From contig SVLN01000003.1 of NCBI GenBank assembly GCA_015067925.1, positions 36,058 to 100,057 of the forward strand: a DNA stretch of 64,000 nt, given 5' to 3'. This document shows, one piece after another, positions 51,841 through 64,000 of the stretch. Position 1 is the stretch's first letter. Every line of letters starts with the position of its first letter. Origin of the DNA: Oscillospiraceae bacterium. Lineage in GTDB: Bacteria > Bacillota > Clostridia > Oscillospirales > Oscillospiraceae. Below the pieces are notes generated by a model. That model made no database searches and was not told the origin of the DNA. It saw only the letters and a program-made list of their open reading frames with translations. A program made the position numbers and the translations under genes.

Positions 51841-53141
51841 CCGTTTCTCCTCATCCTGCTGATGAAGAATCCGTCCGTATCATGTAAATGCGGATACAGA
51901 GTCAGCATGCCATCGTTTTCTCCATCCATGCCTGCAGGCACCGGGACGGGTTCCAACGTAAAATCGTTCCGTTCTTCCAGAAAACGCCGGACGATCCGCT
52001 CATTCTCCCGGGGTAGAATTGTACAGGTAGAGTAAACCAGCACGCCGCCGGGACGCACATAGTCCGCCTGGTTGCGCAGAATTGCCATCTGCACCTCGGG
52101 AAGCCGCTGCAGAGGCTTTAAATCCTTGTAGCGAATATCCGGCTTTTTGCGGATCACGCCCAGGCCGGAACACGGCACGTCGGCAATCACCGCATCCATC
52201 TTCCCCAGCCACTCTTCCCTTCGATTGGATGCATCCTGTACTTCGGGTGCAATACAGGTAAGTCCCAGACGATCAGCGCCCGCCTGGATGAGTTTGATCT
52301 TGTGGGGATGGATATCGCAGCTGATGATGCTGCCTTCATTCTTCATCTGCATGGCAGCGGCAAAGCTCTTTCCGCCGGGAGCGGAGCAGCAATCGAGCAC
52401 CTGCATACCGGGCTTGAGATCCGCAGCAAGAGCCGCCAGCTTGGCGGCAGCGTCCTGGACATATACTGCACCGGCCTGGAACAGTTCCAGCTTTTCCAAA
52501 TTGCCCGCACCGGAAAGATAGAAGCAGTCATCCAGCCACGGATGCTCTTCCGTCTGCGCTCCAAGGGCGTTCAGGGAAGCCATGGCATCGGGCAGAGTCG
52601 TTTTCAGAGGATTGATCTGCACGCTGGTGCGCGGTGCTTCGTTATCCGCCGCCAGCAAGGCAGGCAGCTGCTCTTCCGGTACAGCCGTCGCCAACAGCTT
52701 CACCAGCTCTTCCGGGTGGCTGTAGCGCACGCTAAGGCTCTCGGGCTCAGGCAACTTTTCCGCGCGAGTGATGGCGCGCAGCACACCGTTGACCAGCTTT
52801 GCGGCGCCGGGATTGGCGTGCTTCTTGGTCAGTTCCACGGACTCATTCACTGCAGCGGATGCCGGGATCTTGTCCATCATGGTGAGCTGATACACACCCA
52901 GGCGCAGAATATCCAGCACGATGGGGTGCAGCTTTTTGATCGGAGAATTCAGAAAAGATGCCACATAATGGTCCAGCAGCATCTGATTCTGCAATACGCC
53001 GTAGCAAAGGCGGCTGGCCAGCGCAGCCTCTCTGGAATCGAGACTGTCCCGCGCGATATATTGTTTCAGTACACCGTCGGACCAGGCACCCTGCTTTCTG
53101 CAGGCGATCAGGGCCGTGAGGGCAGTCTCTCTGGCAGCCAT
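51837..53141 (-). CDS. rsmB: 16S rRNA (cytosine967-C5)-methyltransferase
   Basis: NusB-like N-terminus. Methyltransferase motifs DCCSAPGGKS, DVPCSGLGV, YSTCT. Confidence 0.9.
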   Translation of the reverse strand: MAARETALTALIACRKQGAWSDGVLKQYIARDSLDSREAALASRLCYGVLQNQMLLDHYVASFLNSPIKKLHPIVLDILRLGVYQLTMMDKIPASAAVNESVELTKKHANPGAAKLVNGVLRAITRAEKLPEPESLSVRYSHPEELVKLLATAVPEEQLPALLAADNEAPRTSVQINPLKTTLPDAMASLNALGAQTEEHPWLDDCFYLSGAGNLEKLELFQAGAVYVQDAAAKLAALAADLKPGMQVLDCCSAPGGKSFAAAMQMKNEGSIISCDIHPHKIKLIQAGADRLGLTCIAPEVQDASNRREEWLGKMDAVIADVPCSGLGVIRKKPDIRYKDLKPLQRLPEVQMAILRNQADYVRPGGVLVYSTCTILPRENERIVRRFLEERNDFTLEPVPVPAGMDGENDGMLTLYPHLHDTDGFFISRMRRNG

Positions 53142-53150
53142 AAAAACTCC

Positions 53151-54071
53151 TTAATCCAGGTCGATGGGATGACCGCGGAAGTAATCCACCGCGCGCATAC
53201 GTTTGCCGCCCTCGGCCTGAAGTTCTGTAATCATCATCTTTTTGCCCGCGCCGCAGGCGACGATCAGGCCTTTTTTGTTCAGTTCCAGCAGTTTGCCGGG
53301 CTCTTTTTCCGTTTCGCCCTCCACGGGCTCCACACGGTAGATCTTAAAGCGCTTGCCACCCAGCTCGGTGGTTGCCACCGGCCATGGAATCAGGCCGCGC
53401 ACCTGATCGACGATCTGGCGCTGGGTTTTCGTCCAGTCGATGGGGCACAGTTCCTTGGTGAGCATGGGCGCATAAGTAGCCTTTTCATGCTCCTGGGGCG
53501 TGCGGCGGATGTTGCCCTTTTCAATCTCAGCAATGGTCTTGACCAGCAGCTCCGCGCCCAGATCAGCCAGGCGCAGGGTCAGTTCTTCGCCGGTCTCAAA
53601 GGGCTCAATGGGCGTACGGGCAATCTCGATGATATCGCCGGCATCCATTTCCTTCGCCATGTACATGGCGGTCACACCAGTCTCGTCACAGCCGTTCAGG
53701 ATGGACCACTGAATGGGGCCCGCGCCGCGCAGGGACGGCAGGATGCTGGCGTGGATGTTCACGCAGCCCAGTCGGGGAATGTCCAGAACCCGCTGGGGCA
53801 GGATTTTGCCGTAAGCCACGCAGGCGATCAGATCCGGCTCCAGGGCCTTGAGTTCTTCGTACACCGCATCGTCGCGGAAGGTCTCCGGCTGGTAAACCGT
53901 CAGGCCGTGGACCAGGGCAGTCTGCTTCACTTCAGACTGCTGCAGCTTCATGCCGCGCTTGCTGGGAGTGTCGATTTTTGTATAAACGCCCACAATCTCG
54001 TGATTCTCCTGGCACAGGCGCTCCAGGCAGGTGGCGGCGATGCCGGGCGTTCCCATATAAACGATTCTCAT
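53151..54071 (-). CDS. fmt: Methionyl-tRNA formyltransferase
   Basis: Motifs MRIVYMGTP and NIHASILPSLRGAGPIQW. ATG 54071 overlaps the def stop (ATGA). The ORF-track N-terminal extension is rejected. Confidence 0.95.
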   Translation of the reverse strand: MRIVYMGTPGIAATCLERLCQENHEIVGVYTKIDTPSKRGMKLQQSEVKQTALVHGLTVYQPETFRDDAVYEELKALEPDLIACVAYGKILPQRVLDIPRLGCVNIHASILPSLRGAGPIQWSILNGCDETGVTAMYMAKEMDAGDIIEIARTPIEPFETGEELTLRLADLGAELLVKTIAEIEKGNIRRTPQEHEKATYAPMLTKELCPIDWTKTQRQIVDQVRGLIPWPVATTELGGKRFKIYRVEPVEGETEKEPGKLLELNKKGLIVACGAGKKMMITELQAEGGKRMRAVDYFRGHPIDLD

Positions 54072-54556
54072 TCGTCTTCTTCCTCGTAGTATTCTTCCAG
54101 TTCCTGCTGGGTGAGCATCTTGTAGGCTCTCTTGTTGTAGAGGATGCCGTCCAGATGCTCGATCTCGTGGCAGAATGCCCGGGCGATTAGGCCCTCGCCT
54201 TCCGCTTCGTACCATTCACCGTTGCGGTCCTGGGCGCGGATCTTGACCTTCATGGGGCGCTTGACCAGGCCGTAGCGACCGGGGATGCTCAGGCAGCCCT
54301 CCAGACCATCCTGCTCGCCGGAGGTCTCCAGGATCTCGGGATTGATGATCTCCAGCACCTCTTCGCCAGTGTGCACCACCACAACGCGGCGCAGAATCCC
54401 CACCTGGGGTGCAGCCAGGCCGACGCCGTTGGCCTGATTCATGGTCTCAGCCATATCATCGAGCAGTTCATGCAGACGGTCATCAAACTTGACCACTTCA
54501 CGGGACTTTCTGTACAGGGTGTCCTCCCCTTCGGTTAAAATCGTTCTGAGGGCCAT
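54068..54556 (-). CDS. def: Peptide deformylase
   Basis: Motifs GVGLAAPQVG, EGCLSIPG, HEIEHLDG. AGGAGGAG precedes ATG 54556. Confidence 0.95.
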   Translation of the reverse strand: MALRTILTEGEDTLYRKSREVVKFDDRLHELLDDMAETMNQANGVGLAAPQVGILRRVVVVHTGEEVLEIINPEILETSGEQDGLEGCLSIPGRYGLVKRPMKVKIRAQDRNGEWYEAEGEGLIARAFCHEIEHLDGILYNKRAYKMLTQQELEEYYEEEDE

Positions 54557-54572
54557 AACGCTCTCCTCCTGT

Positions 54573-57026
54573 TCAGTCAAAGGCGTTGAGGTCTGCAAAG
54601 ACCGTCACACCTCGGTTTTGTTTGTCGCTTGCCGCCTCACGGATAAGGGCACTGATGAGTCTGCGCACCTGTCTGTCAGCTTTGACATTCAGCGTCAGGC
54701 GGTACCTGTAGACGTTGTTCACCCGCACGATCTGTGCAGGCGCCGGACCCAGAATCTGCATCCGGATGGTATCGTACGGAGCCTGGGAGAGAACCGCTGC
54801 CAGCCGTGCGCGGAACCTGCCCGCTGCGGAAAGCACCTGTTCCTCCAGTCCTCCGGAGAAATTCAATGTAATCAGATCGGAAAACGGCGGGCAATTGCGC
54901 AGCGACCGCATCTCGATCTCCTCATTGTAAAAATTATCGTAATCCTGCACGGCGGCCAGACGAATCACCCGATTCTCCGGCGTCAGGGTCTGGACGATGG
55001 CTTCGCCCTCGGACGCTCCGCGACCGGCTCTGCCTACCACTTGGGTCAACATGGAGAAGGTAGTCTCCGACGCGCGGAAGGAGTCCACATATAAAGACAA
55101 ATCCGCATCCAGCACGCCCACGAGCGTAACATTCTCAAAATCCAGGCCCTTAGTGACCATCTGCGTTCCGATCAGAACCGGGATCTTCTCCCGGCGGAAC
55201 TTGCTCAGGATCGCCTCATGGGTGTTCACGGCAGTAACCGTGTCGGCATCCATGCGGATGGTCTTCATATCCGGGAATCGTTCCAAAAGCTCCTGCTGCA
55301 CCCGCTGAGTGCCGGTGCCAACCATCTTCATGGGGCTGCCGCATTCCGGGCAGCGATCATTCACAGGCTCCGAGTGCCCGCAGTAGTGGCACATCATGCG
55401 GCGGTTGGCCGCGTGATAGGTCATGTGGACGCTGCAGCGCGGGCACTCCGGCACAAAGCCGCAGTCCACACACATCATCAGGCGGCTGCTGCCACGGCGG
55501 TTCAAGAATAGAATCGCCTGCCGGCCCTCTGCGACAGTACGCTCCAAGGCATTGCACAAATCCCAGCTCAGCGCGCCGGGATTGCCGTCTTTGAGTTCCT
55601 GCTTCAAATCCGCGATGCGAACCTTAGGCAGGGGCCTGCCGTTGTAGCGATTGGGCAGCGTATACAGGGTAAATGCTCCTGTTTTTGCGTGGTACATGCT
55701 CTCCACCGAGGGCGTAGCCGAACCCAAAAGTACCAGCGCGCCATTCTGGCGGCCACGGTACTGGGCAACCTCCCGGGCGTGATAGCGAGGTGCATTCTCC
55801 GATTTGTAAGAGTGCTCCTGCTCTTCATCTACGATAATCAGGCCAAGATTCTGCACCGGTGCAAACACCGCAGAACGGGTTCCAATCACCAGTCTCGCCT
55901 TGCCGGAGCGGATGCGCTTATACTCATCATAGCGCTCCGTCACCCGCAGAGACGAGTGCAGCACAGCCACCAAATCGCCAAAATGGGCGGTAAACAGGCT
56001 CAAAAGCTGGGGGGTCAGGGCAATTTCCGGCACCATCAATAAGGCACCCTTCCCCTGTTCCAGCATGGTCTCAATCAGGCGCAGATACACAGCCGTCTTG
56101 CCGCTGCCGGTCACACCGTACAGCAGTGCACAGCCTGGCTCTGGCTGACCGGACTGCTGCAGCAATCCGTCATAAACGGCCTGCTGCTCAGGGTTTAATT
56201 CAATGGGCCGCGCTTCGGTGTGTACATGGATTTCAGGACGGCGGAACACTTCTTCATCCTGGAACTTCACAAAGCCCAGCTTTTCCAAACGGTTCAGCGT
56301 CGCATTCGTTGCGCCGGTGAAGTAGCAGATTTCCTTGGCACATGCCTCGGGCATACCCGACAGGAGCTGCAAAACCGCCGCCTGCATGGCAGCCGAGCGC
56401 TGCTTGCGCGCGGCATAATCCAGCGCCTCTTCTGCAGAAACCGCCAGGGATACGATGCGCTCCGTTTTGTCGCCGGTGCGGCGCTGCAGCTCGGTGAGCT
56501 GCTTGAGATAGCCTCGTTTGGTCAGCTCTGTGAGCGCAGCCTTTAAAGACTCCTGTTCAAACACGCGCCGCAGCTCCTCTTCCGTGGCGCTGCCGCCCAG
56601 CTCAACAATGGTACGCAAAACGGCCGAGGCCTCCGGCTTTTTACCGAGCTTTTCCCACACATCCTCAGGAAGCTCTGAGAGTTGATAGCTCTCATGGCGG
56701 GCATACCAAAGTCCGGCAGGAAGCATGGCTTTGATGGCGTCGTAAAAGGTGCAGAAGTAACGCTCGCGCACAAAGGCCGCCAGACGCAGCATCTGCTCGT
56801 CCAGAATAGACTCTTCATCCAGCACACGATCAATGGGCTTGAGCTTGTCCTCGCTGCCCTCTTCCACCGAGAGAACAATGCCCTCGGTGCGGCGGTTGCT
56901 GCGGCCAAAGGGCACCATGACCCGTTTTCCGCTGCAAACATCCCCAAGCAGCGCATCAGGGATGCGGTAGCTGTAAGGCTTATCGATGGCATAAACCGCC
57001 GACGAAACGGCAATTTTTGCAATCAT
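54573..57026 (-). CDS. priA: Primosomal protein N' (replication restart helicase)
   Basis: Motifs GVTGSGKT and IIVDEEQEHSYK, with Cys-rich zinc motifs CVDCGFVPECPRCS...CHYCG...CPECGS. Confidence 0.95.
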   Translation of the reverse strand: MIAKIAVSSAVYAIDKPYSYRIPDALLGDVCSGKRVMVPFGRSNRRTEGIVLSVEEGSEDKLKPIDRVLDEESILDEQMLRLAAFVRERYFCTFYDAIKAMLPAGLWYARHESYQLSELPEDVWEKLGKKPEASAVLRTIVELGGSATEEELRRVFEQESLKAALTELTKRGYLKQLTELQRRTGDKTERIVSLAVSAEEALDYAARKQRSAAMQAAVLQLLSGMPEACAKEICYFTGATNATLNRLEKLGFVKFQDEEVFRRPEIHVHTEARPIELNPEQQAVYDGLLQQSGQPEPGCALLYGVTGSGKTAVYLRLIETMLEQGKGALLMVPEIALTPQLLSLFTAHFGDLVAVLHSSLRVTERYDEYKRIRSGKARLVIGTRSAVFAPVQNLGLIIVDEEQEHSYKSENAPRYHAREVAQYRGRQNGALVLLGSATPSVESMYHAKTGAFTLYTLPNRYNGRPLPKVRIADLKQELKDGNPGALSWDLCNALERTVAEGRQAILFLNRRGSSRLMMCVDCGFVPECPRCSVHMTYHAANRRMMCHYCGHSEPVNDRCPECGSPMKMVGTGTQRVQQELLERFPDMKTIRMDADTVTAVNTHEAILSKFRREKIPVLIGTQMVTKGLDFENVTLVGVLDADLSLYVDSFRASETTFSMLTQVVGRAGRGASEGEAIVQTLTPENRVIRLAAVQDYDNFYNEEIEMRSLRNCPPFSDLITLNFSGGLEEQVLSAAGRFRARLAAVLSQAPYDTIRMQILGPAPAQIVRVNNVYRYRLTLNVKADRQVRRLISALIREAASDKQNRGVTVFADLNAFD

Positions 57027-57048
57027 TCCGCATCCCTCCAAAAAATGT

Positions 57049-57255
57049 TTAGCGCAGGTAGTCTTCCTTCACACTGGCAGTCAGTTCGCCGTTGGCCGCT
57101 TCCTTGATGGCCATGGTGACGGGCTTTTCGGTCAGGCTCTCGCCATTGGCCTCGGCCTCGATGGAAATCTGACGGGCGCGGCGGGCAATGACATTGACCA
57201 GAAGATAACGGCTTTCAATGTTCTTCAGAAGCTGAGATACGGGCGGGTAAAGCAT
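57049..57255 (-). CDS. rpoZ: DNA-directed RNA polymerase subunit omega
   Basis: 68 aa, with ESRYLLVNVIARRARQI. Confidence 0.9.
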   Translation of the reverse strand: MLYPPVSQLLKNIESRYLLVNVIARRARQISIEAEANGESLTEKPVTMAIKEAANGELTASVKEDYLR

Positions 57256-57258
57256 GAT

Positions 57259-57855
57259 TTATTCCTCCTCAAGTAGATGGCGTCGATCGGACGCTTTGCA
57301 TTTTTCTGCGGTAATAATGGATAAGATTTCGCCTGCGGTGGTCTGCACCTTGTCAGACAGGACGATGTAATCATATTGCGGGGCTTGGGTATATTCCCAT
57401 CTCGCCTTCTCCAGGCGCTTGGCGATTTTGTCCGGGGCAGTATCACCACGGCCCACCAGGCGGCGTTCCAGCTCGGCAAAGGACGGCGCCGCCATGAAAA
57501 CCAGCACAGCGTCCGGCCTTCTGGCCTTGACCTGCATGGCCCCCACCGGTTCGATGTCCAGCAGGATATCGATTCCCTCTTCCAGGGCGGCATTGACGGG
57601 AGCCTCAGGGGTTCCGTAGTAGTTGCCCACATATTCGGCATGCTCTAAGAGCTCACCGTTATCGCGCTTTTTCTCAAATTCTTCCCGGGACAGGAAGAAA
57701 TAACTCACGCCGTCCACTTCGCCGGGGCGCTTTTCCCGGGTCGTTGCGGAGACAGAGAAGCGCAGATTCGGATACTGGCGCATCACTTCGGCAATGGCGG
57801 TGGATTTGCCCACGCCGGAAGGGCCGGAGATTACGAAAAGTTTTCCTTTGCTCAT
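57259..57855 (-). CDS. gmk: Guanylate kinase
   Basis: Motifs [26 protein letters not shown]. Confidence 0.95.
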   Translation of the reverse strand: MSKGKLFVISGPSGVGKSTAIAEVMRQYPNLRFSVSATTREKRPGEVDGVSYFFLSREEFEKKRDNGELLEHAEYVGNYYGTPEAPVNAALEEGIDILLDIEPVGAMQVKARRPDAVLVFMAAPSFAELERRLVGRGDTAPDKIAKRLEKARWEYTQAPQYDYIVLSDKVQTTAGEILSIITAEKCKASDRRHLLEEE

Positions 57856-58118
57856 GCTTCCTCCTCTTCCTGTTCGGGTGCAGGCTTGTCCTGCATGCGG
57901 TTCGCCACGGTCTCCGGCTGGATTGCAGAAAGAATCACGTGGTCGGTGTCCATGATAATCACCGCTCTGGAGCGGCGGCCGTAGGTTGCATCAATGAGCA
58001 TGCCGCGGTCGCGGGCTTCCTGGATGATACGCTTAATGGGGGCGGAATCGGGGCTGACAACAGCCAGCACACGACCTGCGGATACCATATTGCCAAAACC
58101 AATATTGATCAGCTTCAT
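57852..58118 (-). CDS. remA: RemA/DUF370-family regulator
   Basis: Sequence [49 protein letters not shown]. Confidence 0.9.
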   Translation of the reverse strand: MKLINIGFGNMVSAGRVLAVVSPDSAPIKRIIQEARDRGMLIDATYGRRSRAVIIMDTDHVILSAIQPETVANRMQDKPAPEQEEEEA

Positions 58119-58129
58119 TCTGCACCGCC

Positions 58130-59008
58130 TTACTCAATGTTCTGGGTCTGCTCGCGGATCTTCTCCAGTTCAGACTTGATTTCCACCACGGTGCGGGCCT
58201 GTTCGATGTCATTGCCCTTGGAACCGATGGTGTTGGCCTCACGGTTGAGCTCCTGCAGCAGGAAGTCCAGCTTGCGGCCGATGGCGCCGCCGTTTGTGAG
58301 CATCTGATCGAGTTGAGAAAGATGGCTGCGCAGGCGCACCGTTTCTTCATCCACTGCGATTTTATCGGCATAGATGGCCGCCTCGGTCAGGATACGGGAC
58401 TCATCGATCTGGGTGTTTTCCAGAACCTCGCGCATGCGCTTTTCCAGGCGGGCACGATACTCGGCCAGGGTGACCGGGCTGCGCTGCTCTACCTTTTCGG
58501 TCAGCGCCAGGATCGTTGCGGCACGGGCGCGCAGATCGTTCTCCAGAGCCTGGCCCTCCACCTGACGCATAGCGTCGTAGTTGGCCATGGCCTCGTCGGC
58601 AACGGTGAGCAAGTCCTTCAGGAACTGCTCCTCATCCTCCTCGGCCTTCGTGACCTGAAAGACCTCCGGCAGGCGGGAAACCGCCATCACGGAAACGTCA
58701 TCACGCAGATCGTAATCATCGGCAATGGTCTTCAGGGCATTCAGATACCCCTCCAGCACCGGGCGATTCAGGGATATCTGCATGGCCTCTGCTTCCTGAG
58801 CGGTGACGGACACATACACATCCACCTTACCGCGGGAGATATGTTCTTTCACCTTCTGCTTGAGCGCTTCTTCGGCATAACCGTACTGGCGCGGAAGACG
58901 CACACTGCAGTCCAGATACCGGTTGTTGACGCTCTTCAGCTCCACCGTGATCTCACGGCCGGAGAGGGTCTGAACGGCACGTCCATAGCCGGTCATACTT
59001 TTGATCAA
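58130..59008 (-). CDS. yicC: YicC-family stress-induced protein
   Basis: [10 protein letters not shown]-terminus and a conserved C-terminal [17 protein letters not shown]. The TTG at 59008 has GGAGGG 6 nt upstream, so the ORF-track start at 59068 is rejected. Confidence 0.85.
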   Translation of the reverse strand: MIKSMTGYGRAVQTLSGREITVELKSVNNRYLDCSVRLPRQYGYAEEALKQKVKEHISRGKVDVYVSVTAQEAEAMQISLNRPVLEGYLNALKTIADDYDLRDDVSVMAVSRLPEVFQVTKAEEDEEQFLKDLLTVADEAMANYDAMRQVEGQALENDLRARAATILALTEKVEQRSPVTLAEYRARLEKRMREVLENTQIDESRILTEAAIYADKIAVDEETVRLRSHLSQLDQMLTNGGAIGRKLDFLLQELNREANTIGSKGNDIEQARTVVEIKSELEKIREQTQNIE

Positions 59009-59027
59009 GGAAAACCCTCCAAACTGG

Positions 59028-61043
<2,016 letters not shown>

Positions 61044-61044
<1 letters not shown>

Positions 61045-62375
61045 CAGGTAGACTCCGCAGTGTCGGAGTTGTCAACACTGCCTACGTTTTCCGCGCCCTC
61101 GGCGCCTTCATTTCCCGGTTGGGGTTCCGGGACAACAATTCCGCCGGTATCGTTTTCCGCGGTCAGACTCACGGTGATCGTACGGGTCTCCAGAACACCG
61201 ACGTTGGAATAGCCATCGATATAAATCGTCACAGGCACTTCATAGGTGCCAGGTTTGGTGTAGTTGCTCAAATCCGCCACAGCGCGGATATTGTTGGGAC
61301 TAACCTTGCTGACCTGATCCATGGGGCCACGCAGAGATACAATCAACTGAGTCGTCAGCGACTGCGGCTCCAGATCGGAAGCCACATTGATGAAATCGAT
61401 AGAACCGGCCCGCAGCTTTCTGGTGGACAGGCCCTTCAGCGTCACTTCGACGATGGCGGTCTCTTCACCACTGATATTCTTCGCAGAATTTGGAATCAGA
61501 ATCCGGAACTCAAAGGTCTCACTGCTCTCCACTTCCGTCAGGTCAATGTTACCCAGATTGATCTGATTGACACCGTCAATCACCGTGGAATCGCCGGAAA
61601 GCAGCACGCTGGGCGGATCAATTTCCACAAAGGCGTTCTGCTCCGTGGCACCGCCACCCTCCAGCAGATTGACCGTCAGCTGCACCTCCTTGAGCTTGCT
61701 GATGGGAAGCGTCACTTCTACCTCGGTCACATCCGTCAGCACATCGTCCAGGCTGGTCTTGGAACCATCATTGTTGATGAGCTCAATGGTCAGGCTCTCG
61801 GTGATGGTCTCACTCAGATTGGTACGCTGCAGCAACACCTGTGCATACTTGATGGGCGCGATTTCTTCTTCGGTGCCGCTGACTTCAATGGTGGCGCGAT
61901 CAAACTTCATGGTGCCGATCTCATAGCCTTCGGCTGCGTCACCTTCAAAAACGCCAATCACTTCCACCGTTTTCTTTGCCAGACGCTCAACGGTGTAACG
62001 CACAGTACCGGAACTACGTTCTGTAATGTTGAATTCGCTGGGGTCCACATTGGCGGGAAATGTAATATCATATGCAGAACTCACCGTTCTGGGCGTACGG
62101 ACTTTGCTGACGTCCACCGTAAGCGTAATATTATTGGCGCTGAGGTCTTTGATTTCGGAACGTTTGCCGGAGATCTTCAAATCAATGGTAGCATCCTCGC
62201 CGTCAGAAATGATCAGGCCATAATCCTCGCGCAGAACTTCCTGGCCCGAGAAGGTCACAGGAATCCCCGAGATGGTAACGGTGTCCTCCGGGTTAACAAC
62301 GGTCATAACATAGATCCACAGGAAAACCGAAACGGCAATTGCCGCAGCGATGGAAAGGATTTTACTTTTTTGCAT
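61044..62375 (-). CDS. cdaR: CdaA regulatory protein CdaR (YbbR-domain repeats)
   Basis: An N-terminal TM segment, then repeated YbbR-like beta modules (ISGIPVTF..., VEVIGVFEG..., EVEVTLPIS...). The start at ATG 62375 overlaps the cdaA 3' end by 14 nt. Confidence 0.85.
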
Positions 62376-63252
62376 TCTTGTCATCCTTTTTCGTCCAGTA
62401 CTTTTGAAGCAGCTCTCTGCCGCGCTCAATCAGATTCACCTTAAGCTGCTGACCCTCGTCGGAGGCAAGTTCGCTGCTCAGCAGGCGGCTGAGCGTCTGA
62501 CCGCTCAGGTGTCGTTTGAGCATGCCGCCTTCGGCCACAGAAATGGTGCCGGTTTCCTCAGAAACAATCACCACCACAGCATCGCTGGCTTCACTGATGC
62601 CGATACCCGCGCGATGGCGCGTTCCAAGGTCACGGCTCAGATGGGTCTTTTCCGTCAGCGGCAGCACGCAGCTGGCGGCGGCAACTCTGCCGTTCCGCAC
62701 AAACACAGCGCCGTCATGCAGGGCGGCCTTGGGAAAGAAGATGCTGCGCAGCAGCGTGTCGGACACTTCCGCATCCAGTACAGTACCGGTGTTGTAATAG
62801 TCACTCAAAGCATTGTTGCGCTCAAAGACGATCAGGGCGCCGATGCGCTCTCTGCTCATCCATTCACAGGCAGAGGCTGTCTGCTTGATGACGTTGGCCA
62901 TTTCCGTTTCATTGGGCTTGCCGGCCAGCATGTCTTTCAGAGAGCTGCCGCCCAAGCGGTCAAGAGCCTTACGCAGCTCCGGCTGGAACATAACAACCAG
63001 AGCGATCAGACCGACTTCCAGAACTCCCTTGAGCAAGAAGTTCAGTGCGTTCATCTCCAGGATACCGGTCACACCGGTTGCCACCAGAAAAATCACAATA
63101 GCCTTTGCAATTCGGAACGCACTGGTGGTGCGGATCAGATTCAGAATAAAATAGAACAGATACGCAACGACCGCCATGTCGATGATATCCATAAGACTGG
63201 GGACAGGAATGGAACTCAGGCTCTCCACAAAAAAGCTTTTGATCTGTTCCAA
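62362..63252 (-). CDS. cdaA: Diadenylate cyclase (membrane-anchored c-di-AMP synthase)
   Basis: Three N-terminal TM helices. DAC domain motifs GALIVFER, LHDGAVFV, GTRHRAGIGISE. TTG start with AGGTG 7 nt upstream. Confidence 0.9.
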   Translation of the reverse strand: MEQIKSFFVESLSSIPVPSLMDIIDMAVVAYLFYFILNLIRTTSAFRIAKAIVIFLVATGVTGILEMNALNFLLKGVLEVGLIALVVMFQPELRKALDRLGGSSLKDMLAGKPNETEMANVIKQTASACEWMSRERIGALIVFERNNALSDYYNTGTVLDAEVSDTLLRSIFFPKAALHDGAVFVRNGRVAAASCVLPLTEKTHLSRDLGTRHRAGIGISEASDAVVVIVSEETGTISVAEGGMLKRHLSGQTLSRLLSSELASDEGQQLKVNLIERGRELLQKYWTKKDDKNAKK

Positions 63253-63306
63253 GCAAATTCACCTACTTCTGCCATTTTATCAGTATTGTATCAATTTATT
63301 ATAACG

Positions 63307-64000
63307 CTAAAATCCTTTCATGGCAAGCCGTTTTCCCTCATCCGTATTCCTTTTTGCAAGAACTTTTACAATTTGTACAAATCTTTCCGCATCCTCGTTT
63401 GTGTTCAGCGCGCCGACACTGGCGCGGATGGTTCCCTCCCGCAAAGTCCCGGCGCTTTCATGGGCCAGCGGCGCACAGTGAAGTCCTGCACGAACAGCCA
63501 CATTCTGCGCCGCGAGCGCTGCGGCAAAGTGTTCGCAATCCCAGCCTTCCACGGAAAACGAGACAACTCCGCTCTGGGCGCCCTCCGGTCCGTCCCAGCA
63601 CCTCACCCCCGGTATCCTGCTCAAGTTCCGAGTCAGGATGCTGCGCAGATGCGTTTCGTGTGCGCAAATGCGCTGCACGGAACGGTTCATCACAAACTCC
63701 AGCCCGGCGCCAAGTCCTGCAATTCCCGCAACGTTCTGGGTTCCGGCCTCCAATCGATCCGGCAAGAACTCCGGCATCTCAAACGATTCTGACAGGCTGC
63801 CCGTTCCCCCGTACAGCAGCGGCTTTGCTTCCTCTGACGTCAACAGGATCCCCGTTCCTTGAGGCCCGTAGAGCCCCTTATGCCCGGGCATCGCCACGAA
63901 TGCTGCTCTCCAATGATTCAGATAAACCTGCTGACACCCCGCGGACTGAGATGCATCCACAATCAGCGGCACGCCATGGGACAGGCACAACTCCGCAATT
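63307..64000 (-). CDS. Class V aminotransferase / cysteine-desulfurase-family protein (5'-truncated by the window edge)
   Basis: Motifs ...GVPLIVDASQSAG... and ...MPGHKGLYGPQGTGIL... (PLP-Lys region). The frame stays open to position 64000. Confidence 0.8.
   Translation of the reverse strand, partial: IAELCLSHGVPLIVDASQSAGCQQVYLNHWRAAFVAMPGHKGLYGPQGTGILLTSEEAKPLLYGGTGSLSESFEMPEFLPDRLEAGTQNVAGIAGLGAGLEFVMNRSVQRICAHETHLRSILTRNLSRIPGVRCWDGPEGAQSGVVSFSVEGWDCEHFAAALAAQNVAVRAGLHCAPLAHESAGTLREGTIRASVGALNTNEDAERFVQIVKVLAKRNTDEGKRLAMKGF

Overview
This looks like a chromosomal segment of a fairly GC-rich, endospore-forming Firmicute (Clostridia-type). GC was judged by eye only and no database search was possible. 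Spore genes present are spoIVA, a SipL-like gene, spoVM and dpaAB, and two wall proteins carry SLH domains. I support about 65 protein genes, one tRNA, and a set of terminators and near-consensus promoters. I found no CRISPR array, IS element or recognisable defence system.

Left third (1-20.4 kb), accessory-looking:
- DUF378 protein, AKR with Fe-S tail, Nudix hydrolase, DEDD exonuclease, amidase and aconitase.
- A membrane-anchored E2-like acyltransferase whose catalytic His motif reads DERICDG.
- An AT-rich, ORF-free scar carrying two fragments of the tRNA 3' end, next to tRNA-Arg(CCG).
- An SLH-anchored L,D-transpeptidase.
- An orphan PBSX-style lysis cassette (unknown gene, XhlA, holin, endolysin).
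- Three paralogous two-gene modules, each a xylose-isomerase-like TIM barrel plus a roughly 140 aa subunit. They resemble two-subunit C-glycoside deglycosidases. Two of them form a 1,387-bp tandem duplication.
- These modules flank a redox island: a Crp/Fnr regulator with a Cys cluster, a ferredoxin-domain protein, and a flavodiiron/flavin-reductase/rubredoxin fusion.

Middle: a glycogen operon (glgP-glgC-glgD-glgA-GH13), hpf, dpaAB, a divergent DAP-decarboxylase-like gene, coaX, three small coupled ORFs, mnaA/tagO, trpS and gltX.

Right third: a long co-directional minus-strand array. It runs cdaA-cdaR-(DUF5685-like)-(J-domain protein with Cys string)-membrane protein-yicC-remA-gmk-rpoZ-priA-def-fmt-rsmB-rlmN-stp-prkC-rsgA. 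It ends in a contiguous spore-morphogenesis trio: a 22-codon spoVM missed by the ORF track, a SipL-like gene and spoIVA. MATE and MarR genes follow.

Best candidates for something new:
- The triplicated deglycosidase-like modules, which have no partner oxidoreductase or transporter in view.
- The cdaA-cdaR operon extended by three translationally coupled unknown genes.

All functional calls come from motif recognition by eye and need HMM or BLAST confirmation.
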